A stretch of DNA of 64,000 nt from an uncultured bacterium (GTDB lineage: Bacteria; Patescibacteriota; JABMPQ01; CAVVCK01), in the NCBI GenBank assembly GCA_963746775.1, contig CAVVCK010000002.1:303592-367591 (forward strand). Direction: 5' to 3'. The position numbers were made by a program, and so were the translations under genes. Positions 9,715-18,952 of this stretch are shown here, piece after piece. The notes below the pieces were generated by a model. That model saw nothing but the letters and a program-made list of their open reading frames with translations, was not told the DNA's origin and did no database searches. Every line of letters starts with the position of its first letter. Position 1 is the first letter of the stretch.

Positions 9715-10860
9715 ATGTATATAGGCAAAATAGAAACTGGTCGATCATATAAAAAAATTATTGCCCTCTTTATAATTTTAAGCATTGGCTTAATTGGTTT
9801 TGTAATTTACAATTCTTTTTCCAGTGCCCGTATTACTATCACGCCTAAGCATGAAATAGAAGAAGTTACTTTTGAAATGCCGGTGGGCAACACTGAGGTA
9901 GAAGGACAGCCTAGTCAATTATCATTGCCAGGCAAAGTGCTAACCCGTGAATCAGAATTAAAAGAAACATACAATGGCTTGGAAAATAAATTGGTTGATG
10001 CTCATGCCCACGGCAAAGTAACTATATATAATAATCTAGACACTGCTCAAGCTCTCGTGCCTAAAACACAATTAAGATCAGCTAAGACTGGTTTAATTTT
10101 TCGTCTTAATAGTTATGCTGGAGTACCTGCTCATGGACAAGTAGATGTATCTGTTACATCTGACGATAAAGGAGAGAAAACAAATATCGAAGCAGATAAA
10201 TTTATTATAGTTAAGGTACGCCCAGACTGGCAAGATAATCTTTACGCCGAAAGCACAAGTAAAATGGAAGGTGGCGCTAAACAAGGTAAGGTAGCTACAG
10301 ATGAAGAAATAGAAAAAGCCAAAAGCCAAGTGGCAGAGAGTGCCCATAAAATAAATTTAGAAAGTTTTAAAAATGAGCTTAGTGGTGATGAAAAAATTTT
10401 AGAGCAAGCTACTAAAATTGAAATACTAAATTACAAACCTTTTGTGGAACTTGATCAAGAGGTAGAAAACTTTGATATGTATGTACAAATAAAAAGTGTA
10501 GCCGTGATCTTTGATGAAAAGAAATTATTTGACCAGGCTCAGACAAGATTAGAAAATAATGTTACTGATAACAAAGAATATTTAGGACACATACCAGAAA
10601 GCTTCCATTATGAAGTTACCCACTATGACCAAAATAAAAACTATGCTATACTAAAAACAACTTTACAGGGCAATGTTGTTTATAAGTTAACCACAGAAAA
10701 TTTTGATAAAGAAGAATTGGTAGGCAGAACACATGATGAGACCGTGCAATATTTTCAAAAAGATGGTAATATAGATAGTATCGATGTAAAGCTCTTCCCC
10801 TTCTGGGTACGATCAATACCCAATATGCAAGATAAAATTAAAATAATTATTAATAAATAA
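9715..10860 (+). CDS. hypothetical membrane-anchored extracytoplasmic protein
   Basis: 381 aa with an N-terminal TM helix (IIALFIILSIGLIGFVIY). The rest is soluble and beta-rich with no known motif. Confidence 0.5.
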   Translation: MYIGKIETGRSYKKIIALFIILSIGLIGFVIYNSFSSARITITPKHEIEEVTFEMPVGNTEVEGQPSQLSLPGKVLTRESELKETYNGLENKLVDAHAHGKVTIYNNLDTAQALVPKTQLRSAKTGLIFRLNSYAGVPAHGQVDVSVTSDDKGEKTNIEADKFIIVKVRPDWQDNLYAESTSKMEGGAKQGKVATDEEIEKAKSQVAESAHKINLESFKNELSGDEKILEQATKIEILNYKPFVELDQEVENFDMYVQIKSVAVIFDEKKLFDQAQTRLENNVTDNKEYLGHIPESFHYEVTHYDQNKNYAILKTTLQGNVVYKLTTENFDKEELVGRTHDETVQYFQKDGNIDSIDVKLFPFWVRSIPNMQDKIKIIINK

Positions 10861-10980
10861 TTATTTTTCTGCATCCACCACCAACAAAAATAAATCAATT
10901 TATATATAAAACAAAAATATAATTCTGCCCTTACCCATCCATGGAGGGTTAGAGCAGAAAATGAAAGGAGGTGATATAAA

Positions 10981-11148
10981 ATGGCTAAGAAGAAAAAAAG
11001 AGCAACTAAGAAAAGAAAAAAAACTACTTCAAAGAGAAAACCAGCTAAACAAGTAAAGAGAAAGAAATGTGCTGCTAAGACAAAGTCTGGTAAGGCTTGT
11101 AAGAAGTATGCAGTTGGTAAAGGCAAATATTGTGAATCACATAAATAG
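10981..11148 (+). CDS. small basic zinc-ribbon-like protein (55 aa)
   Basis: Strong RBS AAAGGAGGTG 8 nt upstream of the ATG. Translates to MAKKKKRATKKRKKTTSKRKPAKQVKRKKCAAKTKSGKACKKYAVGKGKYCESHK with C-x9-C-x10-C-x2-H spacing. A hairpin plus T-run terminator follows. Confidence 0.35.
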   Translation: MAKKKKRATKKRKKTTSKRKPAKQVKRKKCAAKTKSGKACKKYAVGKGKYCESHK

Positions 11149-11171
11149 ATTTGATATTCAGATACAAAAAC

Positions 11172-11208
11172 AAAAAACACTGTCAGTCTAGAATGGCGGT
11201 GTTTTTTT
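11172..11208 (+). terminator. rho-independent terminator
   Basis: AAAAACAC tgtcagtctagaatggcg GTGTTTTT, then a T-run. Confidence 0.4.
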
Positions 11209-11271
11209 ATTTATTTGCCTTTAAATAAATGCTTATGCTATACTTTATACATAATTTTATAATTTAAACTT

Positions 11272-13005
11272 ATGAAAAATGATATAGAAACAATCCGCCA
11301 TTCCCTAGCCCACGTTATGGCTCAAGCTGTAAATAGAATTTATAAAGAGGTAAAACAAGGTGTAGGACCAGCTATAGATGACGGTTTTTATCAAGATTTT
11401 GATATTGATAAAAAAATAACACTCAAAAATTTATCAGAAATCGAGTCTGAAATGAAAAAAATAATTTCAGAAAATTTAGAATTTAGGAAAGAAATGATAT
11501 CAAAAGACGAAGCACTTAAATTATATAAAAATGATCCTTATAAAACTGAGTTGATCAATGAAATGAATGATCAAGAAATTTCAGTTTATAAATCTGGTGA
11601 GTACACTGATTTATGTAAAGGACCACATGTTAAATCAACAGGTGAACTAAAAAATATAGCTTTCCAATTGAATAGATTAGCGGGCGCTTACTGGCGCGGT
11701 GATGAAAAGAATAAAATGATGCAGAGAATCTACGGACTAGCTTTCGACAATGCTAAAGAGTTAAGAAAACATTTAGCTAATCTTAAAGAAGCTGAAAAAA
11801 GAGACCATAGGAAGTTAGGCAAAGAATTGGGATTATTTGTTATTAGCGATAATATTGGTAAAGGCTTACCCCTAATAGCACCTAAAGGTGCAGTTATTAG
11901 AAAAGAAATATTAGATTATGAATATGAGCTAGAAAAAGAAGCAGGCTTTGAACATGTCTCTTGTCCTCATATTGCTCGTACCGAAATGTATAAAAAAACT
12001 GGCCATTGGCAGCATTATAAAGATGTTATGTATGCTCCTTTTGGTATAGACAATGAAGAATATGTGCTCAAACCAATGAACTGCCCTCACCATTATATGA
12101 TCTATGCTAGCGAGCCCAGAAGCCATAAAGATTTGCCCTATAGAATAGCTGAACCTGGCACTTGCTATCGTTATGAGAAAAGCGGTGAATTATCAGGATT
12201 ACTTCGAGTTAGATCTCTTACTATTGATGACTCGCATATTTTAATGACTGAAGATCAAGTCGAAAGTGAATTTAAAGCTTGTATTCAAATGATTGATAAA
12301 ATGTTTAAAGCATTTCAACTAAAAGATTATTATGTCAGATTGTCGTTATCTGATCCCCTAGATGCTGTAAAATATATTGCTGATTCTAAAACTTGGGATA
12401 AAGCCGGTAAAAAGTTGGAGAAAATTATTAAAGATAATAAATTAAAATACATAAAAGCTAAGGGTGAAGCTTCTTTTTATGGTCCTAAGATTGATTATAT
12501 TGTTAAAGATTCGTTAGGTCGCGAATGGCAAATGAGTACTCTGCAATTAGATTTATTTATGAGCAAAAGATTGAATCTTACTTACAAAGATGAAAATGGG
12601 AAGGAAAAAAATCCAGTAATTTTACATAGAGGATTAACTGGTTCGATTGAGAGAACTTTAGGTATTTTAATTGAACATTTTGGTGGTGCTTTTCCTTTAT
12701 GGCTCTCTCCCATTCAGGTTAAAATTATCCCCGTGTCTGATAAATTTATTAAAAATGCTCAAAAAATTGAAAAAAAATTAAAAGCAGAAAATATTAGATG
12801 CGACTTAGATGATCGGACTGAGTCCGTAGGTAAGAAAATAGCGGAAAATATTAAAGAAAAAAATCCTTACGCTATTGTTATTGGTGAGAGAGAAGCAAAA
12901 AGTGGTAAATTAGCAGTCCGAACTCGTGATCAAAAAACAATCGAAGAAATAGAGGTTGATAAATTTATTGAAAAATTAAAAGACGAAATTGAAAATAAAA
13001 AGTAA
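11272..13005 (+). CDS. thrS: threonyl-tRNA synthetase (lacks the N-terminal TGS domain)
   Basis: Second additional domain with HSLAHVMAQA and DLCKGPHV. Class II catalytic core (PMNCPHH, RVRSLTIDDSHIL) and anticodon-binding domain. Confidence 0.9.
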   Translation: MKNDIETIRHSLAHVMAQAVNRIYKEVKQGVGPAIDDGFYQDFDIDKKITLKNLSEIESEMKKIISENLEFRKEMISKDEALKLYKNDPYKTELINEMNDQEISVYKSGEYTDLCKGPHVKSTGELKNIAFQLNRLAGAYWRGDEKNKMMQRIYGLAFDNAKELRKHLANLKEAEKRDHRKLGKELGLFVISDNIGKGLPLIAPKGAVIRKEILDYEYELEKEAGFEHVSCPHIARTEMYKKTGHWQHYKDVMYAPFGIDNEEYVLKPMNCPHHYMIYASEPRSHKDLPYRIAEPGTCYRYEKSGELSGLLRVRSLTIDDSHILMTEDQVESEFKACIQMIDKMFKAFQLKDYYVRLSLSDPLDAVKYIADSKTWDKAGKKLEKIIKDNKLKYIKAKGEASFYGPKIDYIVKDSLGREWQMSTLQLDLFMSKRLNLTYKDENGKEKNPVILHRGLTGSIERTLGILIEHFGGAFPLWLSPIQVKIIPVSDKFIKNAQKIEKKLKAENIRCDLDDRTESVGKKIAENIKEKNPYAIVIGEREAKSGKLAVRTRDQKTIEEIEVDKFIEKLKDEIENKK

Positions 13006-13021
13006 CATAGTTTAAACAATT

Positions 13022-13063
13022 AAGGCTCGACCTTTCTAAAGATTTAAGGTCGAGCCTTTTTAT
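13022..13063. terminator. bidirectional terminator between convergent thrS and the FG-GAP/nuclease gene
   Basis: AAGGCTCGACC tttctaaagatttaa GGTCGAGCCTT followed by TTTTTA. Confidence 0.6.
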
Positions 13064-13082
13064 TTACTTATATTTTATACAT

Positions 13083-14495
13083 TTAAAAAAATATCTTAAA
13101 TATATTGAACAAATCCCAAAAGCTAAAACTATCACTTTCTTTTTTATCAATACTCCAAATACCTATTTTTTTTCCCCTAGCTTCATTTTCTTTTTCTTTC
13201 AACAAATCTAAATACTTTTCATTAGGAGGAAATGTTTTAACTTTAGCTAATCCTTCTTCTACGAGCTTAGCATTTACCAATTCACCATCGGCATAAATAA
13301 AAGCTAATACTCTGCCATACGGATCTATTTTCTGTTGATCATACTCTAATTCCACTTCTTTTTCATATAATAACTCTTTATTTCTGTTAGTTGCCTCGGA
13401 ATAATATTCTTCCCCTATTTCGGGTGTATCCATACCAATGTAGCGCACTTCCAAACCATCGTTCAGATATATTGTATCTCCATCATCAACATAAGTAACC
13501 TTGGCTTTATCTTTCTGAGAATCAAAAAATACATCGAAATTTACATTATTAGTACTTCCATTAAATAAACCAAAATTATTTATTATCTCTTCCTTCCCTT
13601 TATATACTTTTATTTTTTGATTAGATAAGTCCTTACTAGAAACAACTATTTCTCCCCGACCATCTCTATCAATATCATCAACAGAAACCACAACTCCAAA
13701 TTCATTATCAAATGTTTGCCATTCATTAAAAATGACCTTTTGTTTATTATATTTATATGTCTTACAAAAACTACCACCATTAGCTTGACAAACTACTATT
13801 TCATCGGTCCCATCTCCTTCAATATCACCAGAAGATATGTTTATACCACCTAAAAAATCATCTATAAAAGGAAAAAATTGAATTGGCAATAAATCACCTT
13901 TATTATTAAAAATTCTTACCTCAGATCTTACTCCTTCACCCGTTGCAGTTATTATTTCTATCAATCCATCACCATTAATATCACCAGTAGTTAATTTTAC
14001 TTCTCCATGATAATTAGAACTAAAAGGATAGAAAGAAATATCTAATTTTTCTCCTTTATAATTATAAACATTAATAGGATTACTGCCTTCTTTAGGAACT
14101 ATGATAATTTCATCTTTTCCATCTGAGTTAATATCACCAAGAGTTATATTCATTCCTTCTTTGTAATTTTCATAGTAAGGCACAAAATCATCATACTTTA
14201 CTTTGCCCTCTTGCGAAAATATTTTAATTTTTGATAAACCTGACTCAAAAGAAGTTACTATTTCATCAATTCCATCACCATCAATATCTCCACAGGCAAT
14301 TTCAACTCCACTATTTTGATCCAAAGAATTTATCCAAAATGTATTTGTTATATTCCCCTGAAAATTTATAACTCTTCCAAAAATATTCTGCTCATAAATA
14401 AACTCTGAAACAACATAAGGAGTTTCAGCTAATATTTGATGCAAGGGCAAAATAATAAAATACGCAATAAAAACAAGCCAGTATGACTTTTTCAT
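13083..14495 (-). CDS. secreted FG-GAP/VCBS-repeat beta-propeller protein fused to a staphylococcal (thermo)nuclease domain
   Basis: Signal/TM at the N-terminus. Repeated GDIDGDGIDEIV, GDINSDGKDEIIIV, GDINGDGLIEII, GDIEGDGTDEIVV and DDIDRDGRGEIVV blades. C-terminal SNase motif VTYVDDGDTIYLNDGLEVRYIGMDTPE...YGRVLAFIY. Confidence 0.75.
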   Translation of the reverse strand: MKKSYWLVFIAYFIILPLHQILAETPYVVSEFIYEQNIFGRVINFQGNITNTFWINSLDQNSGVEIACGDIDGDGIDEIVTSFESGLSKIKIFSQEGKVKYDDFVPYYENYKEGMNITLGDINSDGKDEIIIVPKEGSNPINVYNYKGEKLDISFYPFSSNYHGEVKLTTGDINGDGLIEIITATGEGVRSEVRIFNNKGDLLPIQFFPFIDDFLGGINISSGDIEGDGTDEIVVCQANGGSFCKTYKYNKQKVIFNEWQTFDNEFGVVVSVDDIDRDGRGEIVVSSKDLSNQKIKVYKGKEEIINNFGLFNGSTNNVNFDVFFDSQKDKAKVTYVDDGDTIYLNDGLEVRYIGMDTPEIGEEYYSEATNRNKELLYEKEVELEYDQQKIDPYGRVLAFIYADGELVNAKLVEEGLAKVKTFPPNEKYLDLLKEKENEARGKKIGIWSIDKKESDSFSFWDLFNIFKIFF

Positions 14496-14519
14496 ATTAT
14501 TATAAAATCAAATATTTTA

Positions 14520-15155
14520 TTATTTTTTATTACTAATTGAGTCCATCTTTAATTTTCCAGCTCCATTAGGATTAAAACCATTGCTAACTTCATCTCCATC
14601 TTTAAATCCATCTTTATCTGTATCAGGATTTTGGGGATCTGTTTGATATTTATACTCTTCAATATTAGTTAGCTTATCTTCATCACCATCTTCTAGAGCA
14701 TCGTTATATTCAAGAGGATCAAGATTATACACCACTTCCCATCCATCTGGTATATTATCATAATCCGAATCAGCTTCGTCCGCTTTAGTTCCTAATTCTA
14801 ACTCTTGTAAAGTAGTTAGACCATCTCCATCTTCATCCTGATTTTCATAAATATTTTGGTTAGCATTATTTTCTTGATTATCATTTGCAACCACTTCTAT
14901 TTGTTGTTCTACTTCATCTTGTATTGTAGTCGAACTATTATTTTTGAAAAAGAATAAATAAATTACTAAAAATATTACAATCAATATACTGCATATAACA
15001 AATAGGATTAAACCAAGCTTTAATAAAATATTCTTTTTTTTCTTCCTTAAGGGCAGCTCTTTTTTTTGTTCAAAGTGTTTATTAATATCATTCTTTATTC
15101 CACTCTCAAGTAATTTTCTATTTGGATTTGGATTTAAATTTTTATTTTCATCCAT
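14520..15155 (-). CDS. membrane-anchored protein with acidic TSP3-like Ca-binding repeats
   Basis: N-terminal TM (LLKLGLILFVICSILIVIFLVIYLFFF). D-rich repeats DEDGDGLTTLQELELGT and DPQNPDTDKDGFKDGDEV. Ends with GFNPNGAGKL. Confidence 0.55.
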   Translation of the reverse strand: MDENKNLNPNPNRKLLESGIKNDINKHFEQKKELPLRKKKKNILLKLGLILFVICSILIVIFLVIYLFFFKNNSSTTIQDEVEQQIEVVANDNQENNANQNIYENQDEDGDGLTTLQELELGTKADEADSDYDNIPDGWEVVYNLDPLEYNDALEDGDEDKLTNIEEYKYQTDPQNPDTDKDGFKDGDEVSNGFNPNGAGKLKMDSISNKK

Positions 15156-15156
15156 A

Positions 15157-16089
15157 TTATTTTGTAGCTATTACTGTTAATGTTCCTTTCATATTGTTTT
15201 CTATATCATTTTTATTTTTAGAATAGAAGGTATAAGTTCCTATTTTCTGAGGAGTTAATTCCACTATTTGCTCTTCACCAGATTTTATTTCTTGATCTAT
15301 ATTTAGCTCATCTATTGTAAAAGTGTAATCGTTATCTATACTAGTAAGTTCTATTCTGGTAGCTTGCCCAACATTTATTTCTATTGTGTTAGGGTTAAAA
15401 ACATAGTCTGAAGCAGTAATCTGTACTATATTTTTTTCTTCCGTACTCTCTGCTGTATTATCAACAGCTTGTTGTAATTTTCCATCACCATTAGGATTAA
15501 AACCTTTATCTATTTCTTGCTTATCTGTAAAACCATCTTTATCAGTATCTTTCAAATTTGGATTAGTGTTATATGTTACTATTTCATCATAATCATTCAA
15601 TCCATCACTATCTGTATCAATTTTCTTCAGTATATTTTCTAAATTTGTAATATCTGACTTAGAAGCAAATCCTTCTGTTCCATTAATATCGCTACCAAGA
15701 TCCCCTAGCCTAGATTCAGTTTCACTTTTTAAATCAGCAAAAGCTTTTTCTAAAACTGTAATTTTTTCATTTTGTGCATTTAAATCTGAATCATCTTTCT
15801 GGCTTTGGACATAACTGTCTAATGAGCTAATTTTAGAATTATTTGCATAATATACCAAAGCAATTCCGCCAATTAGTAAAACACTTAAAAATAAGCTTAT
15901 AATTGCTAATAAATTAGATCCCCCACTTCTAGTTGGTTTATTTGGTTTTTGAGGTGTTTCAATTGTTGGATTTTCTTTTATTTTGTTCTCTATTTTTTGC
16001 ACCTTTCTATTGGGTATTTCATTCATTTTTTGTTGAATTACCGCTTGGGGTGAAGGTTTTTGCGGACTTTTAATGTCATAAGTAGCCAT
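15157..16089 (-). CDS. membrane-anchored TSP3-like repeat protein with C-terminal cupredoxin-like domain lacking copper ligands
   Basis: TM (LLAIISLFLSVLLIGGIALVYY). Repeats DTDSDGLNDYDEIV and DTDKDGFTDKQEIDKGFNPNGDGKL. C-terminus TASDYVFNPNTIEINVGQATRIELTS...GTYTFYS...MKGTLTVIA resembles a cupredoxin fold without the His/Cys ligands. Confidence 0.5.
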   Translation of the reverse strand: MATYDIKSPQKPSPQAVIQQKMNEIPNRKVQKIENKIKENPTIETPQKPNKPTRSGGSNLLAIISLFLSVLLIGGIALVYYANNSKISSLDSYVQSQKDDSDLNAQNEKITVLEKAFADLKSETESRLGDLGSDINGTEGFASKSDITNLENILKKIDTDSDGLNDYDEIVTYNTNPNLKDTDKDGFTDKQEIDKGFNPNGDGKLQQAVDNTAESTEEKNIVQITASDYVFNPNTIEINVGQATRIELTSIDNDYTFTIDELNIDQEIKSGEEQIVELTPQKIGTYTFYSKNKNDIENNMKGTLTVIATK

Positions 16090-16166
16090 ACTTTTATTTT
16101 TAATTTATTAATATATTATAAATCTATTTAATACTTGTTTATTTGCTAATTTACGTAATATACTTA

Positions 16167-17375
16167 TTAAAAATCAGCTGTTTTTTTAAGTAAAAAATTA
16201 CCCCGATCTTGTTTTAACCAAAAAATATTAGTTACTGGTTCTAACACCCAAGTTCCAGATATTTCTTTCTGGTTATTTTTTAGTGTACCCATTAAATTCA
16301 GATTAAAATCACCCCTAGTTAAAATTTTCTTTCCTTCCCTATAGCCTGCATTACTATTTATTTTTGAAGTAAAAGCGCTAGTTTCTTTTTTAAAGGTAAA
16401 AACTCCATTAATATCACATTCCAAGCTTCTGCCGTCTGTATTTAAAATATTATATATCAAATTACCTGCAATACTACCATTACTTTGCAGAGTTGCTTCA
16501 AGTGTTTCAGAACTATAAGCTGCTCCAGTCATATTACCCTGCCATTTACCCTTAATGGTTGGATAATAATCTGCCTGACTATTTATATCACTCAACTTCC
16601 CTAAACCATTTGGATTAAAACCACCTTGCACTTCTTCCCCATCTTTAAATCCGTCACCATCAGTATCTGAATTTTTAGGATCAGTTCCATATTCATATTC
16701 TTTTTTATTAGATAGACGATCAAAATCTGGATCTTGATCAGCATCTCTTGCATCATTGGGATTTAGTCCATATTTCTCTTCCCATTCATTTGGCATACCA
16801 TCTTCATCAATATCTTCTTCCACCACAGGCTCTTTTTCTATAACTTCTACTGGTTGGTTATCTTCAGTTACAGGTTTCTTTATCCATTTATTATAAATAA
16901 ATATAATTCCAAAAATAAGAATTATGCCTACTACAACCAATGATATTATTTTTTTAATCAGGTTCTTTCTTTCTAAATTTTCAATACTTGGCCCAATATA
17001 CTTATCTTCTTCTTTGTTATTTATTGTTTTAGTTAAATCACTAGCAAATTGCTGCTCTTTCGGTTTTTCTGTTTCTTGAATATTGGACACTTCACTTTGT
17101 TCCTTACCATCATTTATAATTGGTAAATTTTTAGGTATTAGGTCTTCAGGTTCACCGAATTTGTTAATACCTGGATTAGAAGAAATTTTCTTTGTTGCTA
17201 CTTCAGGAAATTCTCGGCTTTTGATGCTTCTTTCTGGAACATTATTATTATTTTCCACTGATTCCTGAATGATATTAGTTGGATTAATATCATCATCTAT
17301 TCCTGGCAAATTAGCTGGAGGTTGAGCAACACTCGCTTGTTTTTGAGGTTGATTTGATTGTCCTTGTTGGTCCAT
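16167..17375 (-). CDS. membrane-anchored TSP3-like repeat protein, third tandem paralog
   Basis: Long disordered N-terminus and a TM (IISLVVVGIILIFGIIFIY). Repeats DEDGMPNEWEEKYGLNPND and DPKNSDTDGDGFKDGEEVQGGFNPNGLGKL, then a beta-rich C-terminal domain. Confidence 0.5.
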   Translation of the reverse strand: MDQQGQSNQPQKQASVAQPPANLPGIDDDINPTNIIQESVENNNNVPERSIKSREFPEVATKKISSNPGINKFGEPEDLIPKNLPIINDGKEQSEVSNIQETEKPKEQQFASDLTKTINNKEEDKYIGPSIENLERKNLIKKIISLVVVGIILIFGIIFIYNKWIKKPVTEDNQPVEVIEKEPVVEEDIDEDGMPNEWEEKYGLNPNDARDADQDPDFDRLSNKKEYEYGTDPKNSDTDGDGFKDGEEVQGGFNPNGLGKLSDINSQADYYPTIKGKWQGNMTGAAYSSETLEATLQSNGSIAGNLIYNILNTDGRSLECDINGVFTFKKETSAFTSKINSNAGYREGKKILTRGDFNLNLMGTLKNNQKEISGTWVLEPVTNIFWLKQDRGNFLLKKTADF

Positions 17376-17505
17376 TTTTAAAAATATAATAAATAAATAT
17401 ATTAATGTTATTATACTACATTATTATAACTATTCCAAGCAATATTTTAAACTTGTAAAATTATTATTTTTTAGCTATTATTAGCAAACATAAAAAAATA
17501 AATTC

Positions 17506-18873
17506 ATGAAATATTTTATTAAAACATTTGGTTGTCAAATGAATAAATCAGACTCTGAGCGTATTTCTACCGTCTTGGAATATTTAAATTACAAGAAAAC
17601 AGAAAATATTGATAAAGCACAAATGGTTATTTTGAATACTTGTTCAGTTAGAGCTTCTGCTGAAAGCAGGGTTTTAGGATTAATAAAAAATTTAAAAGAA
17701 AAAAAGAAAAAAATAATTATTGGAATAACTGGTTGTATGATTCATATCAGACCAGATAAATTACAATCTGCAGGCGCTAACTTTTTATTTGATATCAAGG
17801 ATTTAAAAAACCTATCTCAAATTTTATCCCCATCGTACAGACAGGTTTCAAACCTGTCTCAACCCATCTCAAACCTGTCTCAACCCATCTCAAACCTATC
17901 TCAACCCATCTCAAACCCGTCTCAACACAATTCATCTCAAAAAAATAATTGCAATTATTTTAAAATTAGCCCCAAACACCAGTCAACTTACCACGCTTAT
18001 ATTCCTATTATGACCGGCTGTAATAACTTCTGTACTTATTGCGTAGTTCCCTATTCACGCCATCGAGAAATAAGCAGGCCATCGCAGGATATCGTAAAAG
18101 AAATAGAAAAATTAATTAAAAATGGATATCGAGCTATCACTCTCTTGGGTCAAAATGTAAATTCTTATGGCAATGACCTAAAAGATGAAATTAAATTTCC
18201 TGAATTACTTCAGAAAATTGCTTCTCTGTCTGGAGATTTTTGGATTTGGTTTGTTACTTCCCATCCCAAAGATATGTCAGATCAATTAATTAAGGTAATC
18301 GCCCAAGAAAAAAAAATATGTCCCTATATACATTTGCCCGTCCAATCTGGTAGCAATACAATATTAAAGGCTATGAACAGAAGCTATACTAGAGAAAAAT
18401 ATTTAGATTTAGTTAAGAAAATAAGAAAAAATATAAAGAATGCTAGTCTTTCTACCGATATTATAGTTGGCTTTCCAGGAGAAACAAAAAAGGATTTTCA
18501 AGATACAGCGGATATTTTTAAAAAATCAAAATTTGATATGGCTTATATCGCTAGATATTCTCCTCGTCCCAAAACTGCTGCTTTCAAGCTGAAGAATGAT
18601 GTTTCTAATTTAGAAAAAAGAAGAAGAGACGAAGCACTTGTTAAAATTTTAAAAAAAATTTCCTTAGAATTCAATAAAAAATTAATTAGTAAAACACTAG
18701 ATGTTTTAATAGAAGCTACATCAAAAAACGGATATTTAATAGGAAAAACTAAAACTTTTAAAACTGTAAAAATTAAACCCTCTAAAGAAAGTATTAATTT
18801 TCAAATTCCCAATATCTATAAGGTTAAAATAAAAAAAGCAGATAATTTTGGCTTGGAAGGAGATTTAATTTAA
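17506..18873 (+). CDS. miaB: MiaB/RimO-family radical-SAM methylthiotransferase with an internal heptad-repeat insertion
   Basis: MTTase N-terminal domain (IKTFGCQMNKSDSERI), radical-SAM CNNFCTYCVVP and a C-terminal TRAM-like region. An SNLSQPI x3.5 insertion is encoded by 21-bp tandem repeats at about 17849-17932. Confidence 0.8.
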   Translation: MKYFIKTFGCQMNKSDSERISTVLEYLNYKKTENIDKAQMVILNTCSVRASAESRVLGLIKNLKEKKKKIIIGITGCMIHIRPDKLQSAGANFLFDIKDLKNLSQILSPSYRQVSNLSQPISNLSQPISNLSQPISNPSQHNSSQKNNCNYFKISPKHQSTYHAYIPIMTGCNNFCTYCVVPYSRHREISRPSQDIVKEIEKLIKNGYRAITLLGQNVNSYGNDLKDEIKFPELLQKIASLSGDFWIWFVTSHPKDMSDQLIKVIAQEKKICPYIHLPVQSGSNTILKAMNRSYTREKYLDLVKKIRKNIKNASLSTDIIVGFPGETKKDFQDTADIFKKSKFDMAYIARYSPRPKTAAFKLKNDVSNLEKRRRDEALVKILKKISLEFNKKLISKTLDVLIEATSKNGYLIGKTKTFKTVKIKPSKESINFQIPNIYKVKIKKADNFGLEGDLI

Positions 18874-18952
18874 ATTAATCTCCACAGTACAGATAAGTTT
18901 CAAACCTGTCTCTCATTCATAAAACCCTCCTCGACAAGAAATATATATAATC

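Noticed and set aside
17838-17935. CRISPR-like regular repeats
   Set aside because: The 21-bp units are contiguous with no spacers and are in frame inside miaB. This is a coding tandem repeat, not a CRISPR array. No cas genes are in the window.
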